A stretch of DNA of 63,435 nt from Patescibacteria group bacterium (GTDB lineage Bacteria; Pseudomonadota; Alphaproteobacteria; Micavibrionales; UBA2020): contig DASPMW010000106.1 in NCBI GenBank assembly GCA_035626855.1, positions 1 to 63,435 of the forward strand, read 5' to 3'. The notes beneath the pieces were generated by a model. The model made no database searches and had not been told where the DNA came from. It worked only from the letters and a program-made list of their open reading frames with translations. Shown piece by piece: positions 7,873 to 16,716 of this stretch. Each line of letters starts with the position of its first letter. Position 1 is the first letter of the stretch. The position numbers and the translations under genes were made by a program.

Positions 7873-10446
7873 GTGGCTTGGAAATCATGGATTTGTTTAT
7901 CCGAAGAAGGTAACATATTCCTGATTAGGAACCCGACCGACGTGACCGCACCCAACACCCATAACGACGGCTTCTTCCTCGAGAAAAAGCCCGAGAAGCT
8001 CGATACCGCCGAAAGCGTTCGCAACGCCAAGGCGCTGTTCCTGTTCATGTGCGGCGTTGCCTATGTTTTTCTGGCGATCGGCGTCGTTTATATGCGGCTT
8101 CATGGCGGCTTCGGCTGGTCGCTGATCGGCATATATTTTTACGGCCTCATCGGCGGGCTTGCCTTCCTGATGCTCAACCGCAGCTATTCGGACGCCGACC
8201 GCAGCCGCAAGATCCTGACCGAGGTGCTGGAAAAAAGCGCGGAGGCGCGCGCGATCAGCGACGCAGCCGGCAAGACGATCTACAGCAACGCGCGCTTTAA
8301 CAAGATGGTCGAAGGTCTCGGCACGCCCTCCATCTCCGCCTTCACGCGCCTGTTCGAGCATTCCAAGAAAATCGAAAAAACGCTGGAGGACCTGCAGAAC
8401 AAGGCTTCGCCCGCCGGTTCCGCCGCGACCGAGGTGCAAACCCGCCTGCGCGGCAAGACCGTGTGGTTCCAGGTCACCTGCCAGTACATCATCGGCTGGC
8501 CGGGCTATGTCCACTGGCGCTTCGACGACATCACGCATCGCTACCAGATGGAAGCGGCGATCCGCGAGGAGCGGGAAAAGCTGCGCGACTTCACCGACAA
8601 TGCGCCGGTCGGTTTCTTCTCGGTCGACGAGGAAGGCCGGCTGCAATTCGCGAACGATACGCTGCTCCGCCTGCTCGGCGCCGACGCGCGCACCATCATC
8701 GGCAAGACCAGGCTGCACGACTTCCTCGTCAACCCGCCGATCGCGGGCAAGCCCTATGACTGCTTCGAGGGCGGCGGCTACCACCAGCATGGCGAGCTGT
8801 TGATGAAGGGCGCGGGCGGCCGCGTTTTCAAGGCCGCCATTACCCACTCGATCACCAAGGACGAGGAAGGCAAAGTCATTTCCCGCTCCGTCGTCTATGA
8901 CATGACGACCGAGCAGAAGATGCAGCAGGCTCTTCGCGAATCCGAGGACCGCTTCGAGCGGCTGTTCGAGGAAGCGCCCGTCGGCATCTGCATGCTGACC
9001 GCGGGTGGTATTATCAGCGACGCGAACGCGACGCTTGCGACCATGCTGCGCCTGCCCGTCAACGCGCTGAACGGCAAGTCGCTGCTCTCCTTCATCGCCA
9101 AGGACGCGCAGCACAAGGCGGAGGACTGGCTGAAGCACCTCGCCCGCGGCGAGCAGTCGGAGCCTTTCGTCGAAGTCCCCATCAAGGGCTCGATCGAAAT
9201 CGTCGCCCAGATCTACGCACGGAAATTCAAGGCGGGCGATAATTTCGTGCTGCATTTCATCGACCTGACCGAGCAGAAAAAGCTCGAAAAGCAGATGACG
9301 CAAAGCCAGAAGATGCAGGCCGTCGGCCAGCTCGCGGGCGGCATCGCGCACGACTTCAATAACCTGCTGACCGCCATGATCGGCTTCTGCGACCTGCTGC
9401 TCCTGCGCCACAAGCCCGGCGACCCCAGCTTCGCCGACATCATGCAGATCAAGCAAAACGCCAACCGAGCCGCCAACCTCGTGCGCCAGTTGCTTGCCTT
9501 CTCCCGCCAGCAGACATTGCAGCCGCGCATGCTCGACCTCGCCGAAGTGCTGTCCGAACTCTCGCACCTGCTGCGCCGCCTGATCGGCGCGAATATCGAG
9601 CTGCGCCTCAACCACTCGGCCGATATCAGCCTCATCAAGGCCGACCAGGGTCAGATGGAGCAGGTGCTGATCAACCTTGTCGTCAACGCGCGCGACGCGA
9701 TGCCCGCGGGCGGCAAGCTCACCATCCGCACCTCCAACCTCGCCACGAAAACGCCGACCAAGCTCTCGAACGACGAACTGCTGCCGCCCGGCGACTGGGC
9801 GATGATCGAGGTCGAGGATACCGGCACCGGCATCAACCCCGATATCATGCCCCGCATCTTCGAGCCGTTCTTCTCGACCAAGGAAGTCGGCGCGGGTACC
9901 GGCCTTGGCCTTGCGACCGTGCACGGCATCGTCCACCAGACGGGCGGCTACCTGTCGGTCAAATCGACGGTCGGCCAAGGCACAACCTTCATCATCTACC
10001 TGCCCCGCTTCGCCGAAACCGCGGGCGCGAAAAAACCGGAAGCGGTCGAGGAAAAACCGGCGACCAGCGACCTCACCGGCTCCGCCAAGATCCTGCTGGT
10101 GGAGGATGAAGACGCGGTGCGCACCTTCTCCGCCCGCGCGCTGTCGAACAAGGGCTACCAGGTGATGGACGCGCCGGGCGGCGTCGCGGCGCTCAAGATT
10201 CTCGACGAGAAAAAATTCCAGCCCGAGATCCTTGTGACCGACGTCATGATGCCGGAAATGGACGGCACGACGCTGGCGAAACAGGTCAAAGAAAAATATC
10301 CGCAGATTAAAATCATCTTTATTTCCGGCTATGCCGAGGACCGCTTCAAGGAGCATCTCGGCGCCGACGTCTATTTCCTTCCCAAGCCATTTACGCTCAA
10401 GCAACTGGCAACAAAGGTGAAGGAAGTCATCGAGAACAAGGGCTGA
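7873..10446 (+). CDS. cckA: Cell-cycle hybrid histidine kinase CckA (TM-PAS-HisKA-HATPase-REC)
   Basis: QKMQAVGQLAGGIAHDFNNLLT, GTGLGL, C-terminal receiver (TDVMMPEMDG); located after flhB. True start may be GTG 7942. Confidence 0.88.
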   Translation: MAWKSWICLSEEGNIFLIRNPTDVTAPNTHNDGFFLEKKPEKLDTAESVRNAKALFLFMCGVAYVFLAIGVVYMRLHGGFGWSLIGIYFYGLIGGLAFLMLNRSYSDADRSRKILTEVLEKSAEARAISDAAGKTIYSNARFNKMVEGLGTPSISAFTRLFEHSKKIEKTLEDLQNKASPAGSAATEVQTRLRGKTVWFQVTCQYIIGWPGYVHWRFDDITHRYQMEAAIREEREKLRDFTDNAPVGFFSVDEEGRLQFANDTLLRLLGADARTIIGKTRLHDFLVNPPIAGKPYDCFEGGGYHQHGELLMKGAGGRVFKAAITHSITKDEEGKVISRSVVYDMTTEQKMQQALRESEDRFERLFEEAPVGICMLTAGGIISDANATLATMLRLPVNALNGKSLLSFIAKDAQHKAEDWLKHLARGEQSEPFVEVPIKGSIEIVAQIYARKFKAGDNFVLHFIDLTEQKKLEKQMTQSQKMQAVGQLAGGIAHDFNNLLTAMIGFCDLLLLRHKPGDPSFADIMQIKQNANRAANLVRQLLAFSRQQTLQPRMLDLAEVLSELSHLLRRLIGANIELRLNHSADISLIKADQGQMEQVLINLVVNARDAMPAGGKLTIRTSNLATKTPTKLSNDELLPPGDWAMIEVEDTGTGINPDIMPRIFEPFFSTKEVGAGTGLGLATVHGIVHQTGGYLSVKSTVGQGTTFIIYLPRFAETAGAKKPEAVEEKPATSDLTGSAKILLVEDEDAVRTFSARALSNKGYQVMDAPGGVAALKILDEKKFQPEILVTDVMMPEMDGTTLAKQVKEKYPQIKIIFISGYAEDRFKEHLGADVYFLPKPFTLKQLATKVKEVIENKG

Positions 10447-10450
10447 TCTC

Positions 10451-10999
10451 ATGGCTTACGACTTCAGTGACGTCAAGGTACTGGTGGTGGAAACCTCCCC
10501 GCCCCTGTTCGACCTAGTCAAAGGCGTGCTGACATTTTTCACCGTCCCTGAATCCTCGATCCATTCTGCCTTCGGCGTGGAGGAAGCCTATGCCAAGTTC
10601 GCCGCGGAAAACCACGACCTGCTGATCGTCGACTGGCTTGAAAACCCCGATCGCGGGCTGACGCTGACCAAGCGGCTGCGCAGCGACAGCACCTGCCCCA
10701 ACCCCTTCGTGCCGATCCTTATGACCGCGGGCTCGGGCCACCAGAACCGCGTCATCAAGGCGCGCGACGCGGGCGTTTCCGACTATCTTGTGAAGCCCTT
10801 CACCGCCCGCGCCCTCGCGCTCAAGATCGAGAATATCGTCGAGCATCCGCGCTCCTTCGTGCTGGCCGAAACCTATACCGGCCCCGACCGGCGCCGCAAG
10901 AACGTCAAGATCGACTTCCCCGACCGCCGCGCCGAGCTGATCAATCCCGCCATGCCCGTCGCCTTCCGCAAAGACATCGACGGCAAGGGAAAGAAATAG
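10451..10999 (+). CDS. CheY-like response regulator with C-terminal Arg-rich YTGPDRRRK motif (Cle-like)
   Basis: Receiver fold (LIVDW, PILM, YLVKPF) followed by YxGPDRR. Confidence 0.75.
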   Translation: MAYDFSDVKVLVVETSPPLFDLVKGVLTFFTVPESSIHSAFGVEEAYAKFAAENHDLLIVDWLENPDRGLTLTKRLRSDSTCPNPFVPILMTAGSGHQNRVIKARDAGVSDYLVKPFTARALALKIENIVEHPRSFVLAETYTGPDRRRKNVKIDFPDRRAELINPAMPVAFRKDIDGKGKK

Positions 11000-11001
11000 C
11001 G

Positions 11002-11559
11002 ATGTTCTGGACCAACCTTGCGGTGACGCTGCTTGCGCTCGTGCTCGCCGTGCTGCTGCGGGACTGGCGCAACCGCTGCCGCAGGCCGGTCATCTATATC
11101 GTTCAGGGCTTCCTCGCCGCCGGTAAGACCACCTATTCAAAACAGCTTGCCGCTAAAACCGGGGCGCTCCGCCTCAACGCTGATGAATACTGCGCCGGGA
11201 ATTTTACGCAAGGACAGCTCGACGCGGACTGGGAATCCTGTTTCGCCGCTGCCGTCGCGGCGCTCTGGCAAGTCGCGGAGGCGCAGGTAAAATCCGGCAA
11301 CAGCGTCATCCTCGATTTCGGATTCTGGGACCGCGCCTCCCGCGACCATGCCCGCGCCCGCGCGGCCGAATGGAAGGCGAAGGCATCGCTCGTTTATCTC
11401 GATGTACCGGCGGATGTACTGCTGGAGCGGCTCAAAACGCGTACCAGCGCTGTCGCCGAGCGCAACCGCGCCAATTTTCACGAGATCAAAAAGCACTTCC
11501 AGCCGCCACAGCCGGACGAGCATGCCGTCGTCATTCGTGAAGATGTGGGGGTCCGATAA
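11002..11559 (+). CDS. P-loop kinase / AAA_33-like protein with N-terminal hydrophobic anchor
   Basis: Walker A GFLAAGKTT, VILDFGFW, RD...R lid pattern. Confidence 0.7.
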   Translation: MFWTNLAVTLLALVLAVLLRDWRNRCRRPVIYIVQGFLAAGKTTYSKQLAAKTGALRLNADEYCAGNFTQGQLDADWESCFAAAVAALWQVAEAQVKSGNSVILDFGFWDRASRDHARARAAEWKAKASLVYLDVPADVLLERLKTRTSAVAERNRANFHEIKKHFQPPQPDEHAVVIREDVGVR

Positions 11560-11725
11560 GCGGATATCACGGTTGCGCGGTACTCGTCCGTCCATCCCCC
11601 TGTAATCACGATCAATATATATTCCCATAACGTCGATTTTCGTTGACAGAATCAGGTGAAAACTGTTCTCATGCAAATGGCCGGCAGCCAGCCCCCGCAG
11701 TACATAATGAACAGGAACCCGACGC

Positions 11726-13396
11726 ATGAAGGATCATCAGCGCCAGACTCTTGTGAAACTCTCGGCGGTTGCGGCCTTTGCCTCGGTCGCGGCGACTGCC
11801 CTGTTCGCCCCCTTTGCGATGAAAAATAACAATAAAACGCCGGCCCCGCCGCCGCCCAAGCCGAGCGGCAAAACCGTGAAAGTCACCCCGCCCTTCCGCA
11901 CGGCCGCCGAAAAGAAAACAACGACGGTTACCGCTCCCTCCGGCTTCCTGTGGAATGTCACAGAGACGAAAGCACCTGATTTCTTCGCACAGAACAGTTC
12001 GCTCTCGCTCTCGCTGGCGACACCGCAGCCAAATCCGCTTTTCAACATCGATGTCAAGCTCGGCCCGACGCCGCAGGAAACGGCAAAACAAAAGGCCTAT
12101 GCCGAACACCTGAAACGCGCCCAGAAAATCCGGGCCGCGCATGAGGCGAAGGTAGACGCGCTGCGAGACCGCCTCAATGACGGCCTCATGGCCTATACCA
12201 ATGCCGCGCTGTCTCAGGGCATCGGGCGCAACATCCCAGCCGAAAAGGGCCCTGACAACGCCGCAGCCGCCTTCGTTTACCAGGCGGCGCAGCTGGCCTT
12301 CCACGGCTTCACCAGCGCCGCGCCCGAAAAAGGCGTGAAGAAAAAAGACATCAAAGTATTCGACGGCACCGCCGTCGCGCAACTCACCGGCTCCTCCGCC
12401 CACCAGATCAACGCGGTTGCCGCCGCCGTCAAGACGCCGCGCCTCGCCAGGGACAGCGTCAACATCGAAACCCTGAAGCCCGGCATGATCATCGGCATCG
12501 AGGAAAATAAAAGCGGCAAAATCGACAAGACCGCCATCACCTATCTCGACGCCGAAAAAGGCCGGCTGATCGTTGCGATGGGCGTCGCGGGCGCGGGCGT
12601 CAAAATCATGACGGCGCGCGACTTCCTGCAACAGGCGGCGGAGCGCGGCGATATCTTGCAGGCGGCCGATATCGTCCCCTATATCGCCGCCAAGGGCGCC
12701 GCGCCGAAAACCAAATTCAAATACGATACCTCGCCCGACGCGCTGGCCGGCATCGGCGCCGATGAAGGCGCGTTCCTGCGCGCCACGATCAGCATGGGCA
12801 TCGAGCAATACACCAAGGACGCGGTCCGGCGCGGCGTCACGTATTCATTCGGCGACGACAGCGGCAAGACCTCCATCGACTGCAGCGGCTTCGTGCGCAA
12901 ATGCGTGCTGAATGCGCAGGCGCACGTCGTCGGCAGCCCGATCGTGAAGGGCGCGGACGAGGAATTCCCACGCGTTTCGGTCGACCAGTTCACGAAACTC
13001 GAAACTGTCACCGGCGCAGTGCTCGCGGGCGATACACTGTCGGTCAAGACGTTGCGCGAAGGCATGGTCATCGCCATGGATCACGGCCCCAGCTTCAAGG
13101 ACGGGGAGCAGTGGGATGCGGGGCGCGAGCGCGGCATCGACCATATCGGCATCGTTTACCGCGACTCCGCGACACGCCAGCTGATGCTTGCCGAAAGCTC
13201 GGGCGGCATCGGCGTCCATGCCACGCGCCTGCCCGATTTCCTCGAAAAGAAAAAGGACCGCGGCGCGAAACTCTATGGCGTCGATCTCGTCGCCTATGCC
13301 GCGAAGCAGGGCTGGAAACCAACCGAAAAAACCATTACCGTGAAGGCCGCGAAATCCAGAAAGCCCGCCGGGGCGGCAAAGCATAAAAACTCCTGA
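11726..13396 (+). CDS. Exported or anchored NlpC/P60-family cysteine hydrolase with two tandem domains (first degenerate)
   Basis: C-terminal domain has YSFG...IDCSGFV (C386) and DHIGIV (H473). Residues ~150-315 align to it without the catalytic residues. N-terminal hydrophobic helix and Pro/Lys linker. Confidence 0.75.
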   Translation: MKDHQRQTLVKLSAVAAFASVAATALFAPFAMKNNNKTPAPPPPKPSGKTVKVTPPFRTAAEKKTTTVTAPSGFLWNVTETKAPDFFAQNSSLSLSLATPQPNPLFNIDVKLGPTPQETAKQKAYAEHLKRAQKIRAAHEAKVDALRDRLNDGLMAYTNAALSQGIGRNIPAEKGPDNAAAAFVYQAAQLAFHGFTSAAPEKGVKKKDIKVFDGTAVAQLTGSSAHQINAVAAAVKTPRLARDSVNIETLKPGMIIGIEENKSGKIDKTAITYLDAEKGRLIVAMGVAGAGVKIMTARDFLQQAAERGDILQAADIVPYIAAKGAAPKTKFKYDTSPDALAGIGADEGAFLRATISMGIEQYTKDAVRRGVTYSFGDDSGKTSIDCSGFVRKCVLNAQAHVVGSPIVKGADEEFPRVSVDQFTKLETVTGAVLAGDTLSVKTLREGMVIAMDHGPSFKDGEQWDAGRERGIDHIGIVYRDSATRQLMLAESSGGIGVHATRLPDFLEKKKDRGAKLYGVDLVAYAAKQGWKPTEKTITVKAAKSRKPAGAAKHKNS

Positions 13397-13418
13397 CGGT
13401 TTCGCGCGAAGGTCATCC

Positions 13419-14093
13419 ATGCGCGACACATCCCCGCTCGACAATCCGATCTGGCATGCGCTCAACGAAGCGCACCGGCCGCTTGCCCGCGCCGCGGGAC
13501 TGGCCGCGCGCTATCCGGCCGATGTCTCGCCCTTCGCGGGTCTTCAGGAATACACCCAGGCCGCCTTCGACGACCTGGCAGCATTGGTAGAGCCCGGCCA
13601 GACCATTGCGCTGTTTACGCGCCAGCCAGTCGCCGTCCCGGACGGCTGGGCCATCGAGCGTGCCGTGACGATCGGCCAGATGCTCTGCCACGACCTGCAG
13701 CCGCAGGAGGGGCCTCATCCCTTGCGCCTGACAGACGACGACGTGCCGGAAATGCTCGATCTCGTGAAGCGCACCGAGCCGGGGCCGTTCCTGCCCCGCA
13801 CCAACCGCATGGGCAGCTATTACGGCTATCGCGATAACGGCAGGCTTGTCGCCATGACGGGCATGCGCCTTGGTCTTGCCGGCTTCGCGGAAATCAGCGC
13901 GGTCTGCACCGATCCCGATTTCCGCGGGCAGGGTCTAGCCGGGATGCTCAGCACCTATGTCGCGCGGGAAATCATCAGCGGCGGCCGCCATCCCTTCCTC
14001 CATTACCGGCTCGATAACCCCGCCCGGCACCTGTATGAGAAGCTGGGTTTCCAGCCCAATGGCACGATTGAGCTGACAATCTGCACCCGCTAG
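13419..14093 (+). CDS. GNAT family acetyltransferase (FR47-like)
   Basis: LDNPIWHAL, EISAVCTDPDFRGQGLA, LYEKLGF. Confidence 0.88.
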   Translation: MRDTSPLDNPIWHALNEAHRPLARAAGLAARYPADVSPFAGLQEYTQAAFDDLAALVEPGQTIALFTRQPVAVPDGWAIERAVTIGQMLCHDLQPQEGPHPLRLTDDDVPEMLDLVKRTEPGPFLPRTNRMGSYYGYRDNGRLVAMTGMRLGLAGFAEISAVCTDPDFRGQGLAGMLSTYVAREIISGGRHPFLHYRLDNPARHLYEKLGFQPNGTIELTICTR

Positions 14094-14135
14094 GGCTCGT
14101 GGGAAAATTTTCCACATAGTTTTCAATAACTTAGC

Positions 14136-14161
14136 GGAACTTATGTTCCTGATCAGGCGTT
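14136..14161 (+). promoter_or_regulatory. EcfG (general stress sigma) promoter GGAAC-N17-CGTT
   Basis: Exact motif upstream of the single-domain response regulator. Confidence 0.75.
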
Positions 14162-14199
14162 TTCATTGGGAACAGGGGTAAGTTTTGGGCTTTTTGAAC

Positions 14200-14589
14200 A
14201 TGTTACAACCGCCGACATGTAACGCCTCCGCGCAGAAGACCATCCTGCTCGTCGAGGACGATGATGATCTGCGCGACATGATGCGCAACATTCTAGAAAC
14301 AGCGGGATTCCACGTTATCGAGGCGACGACGGCAGACAGCGTCATCGCCGTCTTAAGCGCGCCGCACGATGTGGCTCTTGTCTTTACCGATGTCGCCCTG
14401 CCCGGCCAGGCCGACGGCTTTACCCTCGCCCGCATGGTGCGGGAGGCAATGCCGGATGTACCGGTCCTTGTGACCTCCGGCAAAGTGCCGCGCAACCAGG
14501 TGCCGGACGGGGTCACTTTCATCCCCAAGCCCTATATCCTCGCCAAGGTCCTCCAGAACATCCAGGAAGCCCTGCATACGGCCTGTTAG
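14200..14589 (+). CDS. Single-domain response regulator receiver
   Basis: ILLVEDD, LVFTDVALPG, VLVTSG, FIPKPY. Confidence 0.9.
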   Translation: MLQPPTCNASAQKTILLVEDDDDLRDMMRNILETAGFHVIEATTADSVIAVLSAPHDVALVFTDVALPGQADGFTLARMVREAMPDVPVLVTSGKVPRNQVPDGVTFIPKPYILAKVLQNIQEALHTAC

Positions 14590-14591
14590 GC

Positions 14592-15698
14592 TTATTGTGG
14601 CCGCGGCGCTTCCTGCGCGTCCCGGTCGGCAGGCACCTCCATCTCACGCGTCACAACGGTTTCGCTCGTGCTGCGCGTATGGGCGAGGAATTGCGGGTAA
14701 TTGTCGCGGATAAAGACGATCATGTTTTCGCGCAGGTATTGCTGCAGGTCGGAATTCGCGCCCGAATTGTCGGCGCTTGCCAGCAGCCGGATCTGCATGG
14801 CCTTGTCGTTGGTGTCGGTCACCGCGACCGTCTTGACCTTGCCGTTCCAGAGCGGCGTCGCCTTCAGCAGGCGGTCCAGTTCGGCGCGGATCGGCTCGAG
14901 CGGCATCATGTAGTCGACCCACAGGAACACCTGCGTCAACAGGTCCTGCGTCTGGCGGCTCCAGTTCTGGAAGGGCTTTTCGACGAAGTAGTTGATCGGC
15001 AGAATCAGGCGGCGCAGGTCCCAGGTTTTGGCGACGACGTAAGTAAGATTGATTTCCTCGATGGTCGCGAAATCGTTCTCGACGATGATGGAATCGCCGA
15101 TGCGGATCGGCTGCGTGACCGCGATCTGCAGGCCCGTGAAGAAATTCCCCATCGTCTTCTGGGCGGCAAGGCCAAGCACGACGCCCGCAAGACCCGCCGA
15201 AGCAAGCAAGCTGGTGCCGAGCGCGCGCACGGCGTCGAAGGTCATCAGCGCGGCGGAAATGCCGACAATCGTGATCACGGCGATGGCAAGGCGCTTGAGC
15301 ACCCGCACCTGGGTAATGACCATCCGCGCCTCGAGCGTCGTCTGGTCGACGGCGCGGCGGCGGCGCAGCACAACATACGATAGCAGGTTGACGCCGCGAA
15401 TCGCCGCCCAGGCCGCCAGCCAGATAAAGCACATGGTCGAGACGCTGCGCACAACATCTTCATCGAGCCAGTCAAAATCAAAGAATTTGGTCAGCGCCAC
15501 AAGGCAGCCGAGCGCCACCAGCAAAATCGCCGGCGTCTTCAGTTCCGTATAGATGCGGCGGCCGAATTTGGCGTAGCTGAGATCCTTGTGCAGGAGGCGG
15601 TGGCGGATAACGGCAAGCGCCCCCATCAGCGCGAGCCCGGCCAGGGCGACGAGCGCGACTTTCATGAGCTGAGAGGTTTCCGGCATATCCCACTGCAT
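14592..15698 (-). CDS. MscS-family mechanosensitive channel
   Basis: LLASAGLAGVVLGLAAQ, NFFTGLQI, PIRIGD; start placed at MQWD (15698). Confidence 0.9.
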   Translation of the reverse strand: MQWDMPETSQLMKVALVALAGLALMGALAVIRHRLLHKDLSYAKFGRRIYTELKTPAILLVALGCLVALTKFFDFDWLDEDVVRSVSTMCFIWLAAWAAIRGVNLLSYVVLRRRRAVDQTTLEARMVITQVRVLKRLAIAVITIVGISAALMTFDAVRALGTSLLASAGLAGVVLGLAAQKTMGNFFTGLQIAVTQPIRIGDSIIVENDFATIEEINLTYVVAKTWDLRRLILPINYFVEKPFQNWSRQTQDLLTQVFLWVDYMMPLEPIRAELDRLLKATPLWNGKVKTVAVTDTNDKAMQIRLLASADNSGANSDLQQYLRENMIVFIRDNYPQFLAHTRSTSETVVTREMEVPADRDAQEAPRPQ

Positions 15699-15731
15699 AG
15701 CGATTTTCCTTTGCTGATTCACTCGAACGAA

Positions 15732-15756
15732 AATGCGTGGGAAGCGGGCAGGTTCC
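15732..15756 (-). promoter_or_regulatory. EcfG-type promoter GGAAC-N16-CATT (mscS)
   Basis: Minus-strand motif 34 nt upstream of the mscS ATG. Confidence 0.6.
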
Positions 15757-15792
15757 CTGGCACTTCTACATTGGGGCGGTTTATTAACCGCC

Positions 15793-15817
15793 GGAACCCC
15801 TGCAGGACCTTCGCGTT
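15793..15817 (+). promoter_or_regulatory. EcfG promoter GGAAC-N16-CGTT (yciF-like gene)
   Basis: Exact motif. Confidence 0.8.
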
Positions 15818-15859
15818 GGCGGGGCAGTTCACCCACCCTCAAAACAAAAGGAACCAGTC

Positions 15860-16366
15860 ATGAACGTCAAATCATTCGAAGATCTCTTCATCATGGAACT
15901 CAGCGATGTGTACAGCGCCGAGAAACAGCTGACCAAAGCACTCAAAAAAATGTCGAAAGCGGCCTCGGACGAGATGCTTGCGGAAGCCTTCATGATGCAC
16001 CTCGAGGAAACCGAGGGCCAGGTGGCGCGCATCGAGGAGCTTGCGAAGAAGGAAGGCCTCACGCTGAAACGCATCAAGTGCGAGGCGATGGAAGGCCTGA
16101 TCGCCGAGGGCCAGGAAGCGATCGACGAGGTCGAGGAAGGCCCCCTGCTCGACGTCGCGCTCATCATGGCCGCGCAGAAGGTCGAGCACTACGAAATCGC
16201 CGCCTACGGCTCGCTCGTCGAACTTTCCAAGCTGCTCGGCTATGCCGATGCGGAGGAACTGCTGAACGAGACGCTGGAGGAAGAAAAAGCAACCGACGTC
16301 AAGCTGACCGAAATCGCGGTCGGCAGCGTCAACGAACAAGCCGAGGCCATGCGCGCCGAGGCATAA
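15860..16366 (+). CDS. Ferritin-like DUF892 (YciE/YciF family) stress protein
   Basis: ELSDVYSAEKQL, HLEET, CEAMEGL, AAQKVEHYEIAAYG, LEEEKATD. Confidence 0.92.
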   Translation: MNVKSFEDLFIMELSDVYSAEKQLTKALKKMSKAASDEMLAEAFMMHLEETEGQVARIEELAKKEGLTLKRIKCEAMEGLIAEGQEAIDEVEEGPLLDVALIMAAQKVEHYEIAAYGSLVELSKLLGYADAEELLNETLEEEKATDVKLTEIAVGSVNEQAEAMRAEA

Positions 16367-16387
16367 TCCGGCTTTTGCCAGAAAGAA

Positions 16388-16422
16388 CATCGCCGGAACC
16401 CACGGTTCCGGCGGTGCTTTTT
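16388..16422 (+). terminator. Rho-independent terminator after the DUF892 gene
   Basis: catcgccggaacc-cac-ggttccggcggtg followed by ctttttc. Confidence 0.7.
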
Positions 16423-16424
16423 CA

Positions 16425-16449
16425 GGAACTTGCCCGCGACCACCGCGTT
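16425..16449 (+). promoter_or_regulatory. EcfG promoter GGAAC-N16-CGTT (DUF3606 gene)
   Basis: Exact motif. Confidence 0.8.
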
Positions 16450-16479
16450 GACCTACTGACAACCACACCGGAGGCTAAA

Positions 16480-16650
16480 ATGACAGATGACAAAAATCTC
16501 AAAGGCCAGGACCGCAAGCGCATCAGCCTGCAGGAGGACTACGAAGTCCGCTACTGGACCAAGGAACTTGGCGTGAGCGAAGAAGAGCTTCGCCAGCTAG
16601 TCGCGAAAGTCGGCAACTCGACCGACGCCGTCCGCCAATCGCTACGATAA
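16480..16650 (+). CDS. DUF3606 family small protein (56 aa)
   Basis: MTDDKNLKGQDRKRISLQEDYEVRYWTKELGVSEEELRQLVAKVGNS; GGAGG RBS. Not listed separately in the ORF track. Confidence 0.88.
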   Translation: MTDDKNLKGQDRKRISLQEDYEVRYWTKELGVSEEELRQLVAKVGNSTDAVRQSLR

Positions 16651-16661
16651 TTAATGCGTCG

Positions 16662-16696
16662 AAAAGGGGCCCCTGGTATTCGGGGGCCTCTTTTTT
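16662..16696 (+). terminator. Rho-independent terminator (possibly bidirectional)
   Basis: aaaaggggcccc-tggtattc-gggggcctctttttt. Confidence 0.7.
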
Positions 16697-16716
16697 CGTG
16701 AAGACGGAAAAGCCCC

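Noticed and set aside
7897-10452. 851-aa antisense ORF opposite cckA, and similar long shadows (54299-56395, 33895-35694, 29524-30999, 52467-53969, 22776-23780)
   Set aside because: They mirror well-supported genes in GC-rich, codon-biased DNA and show no family motifs.
15733-16650. 305-aa ORF running over the DUF892 gene into DUF3606
   Set aside because: The 5' part is an alternative frame of DUF892. DUF3606 has its own promoter, RBS and ATG at 16480, with a terminator in between.
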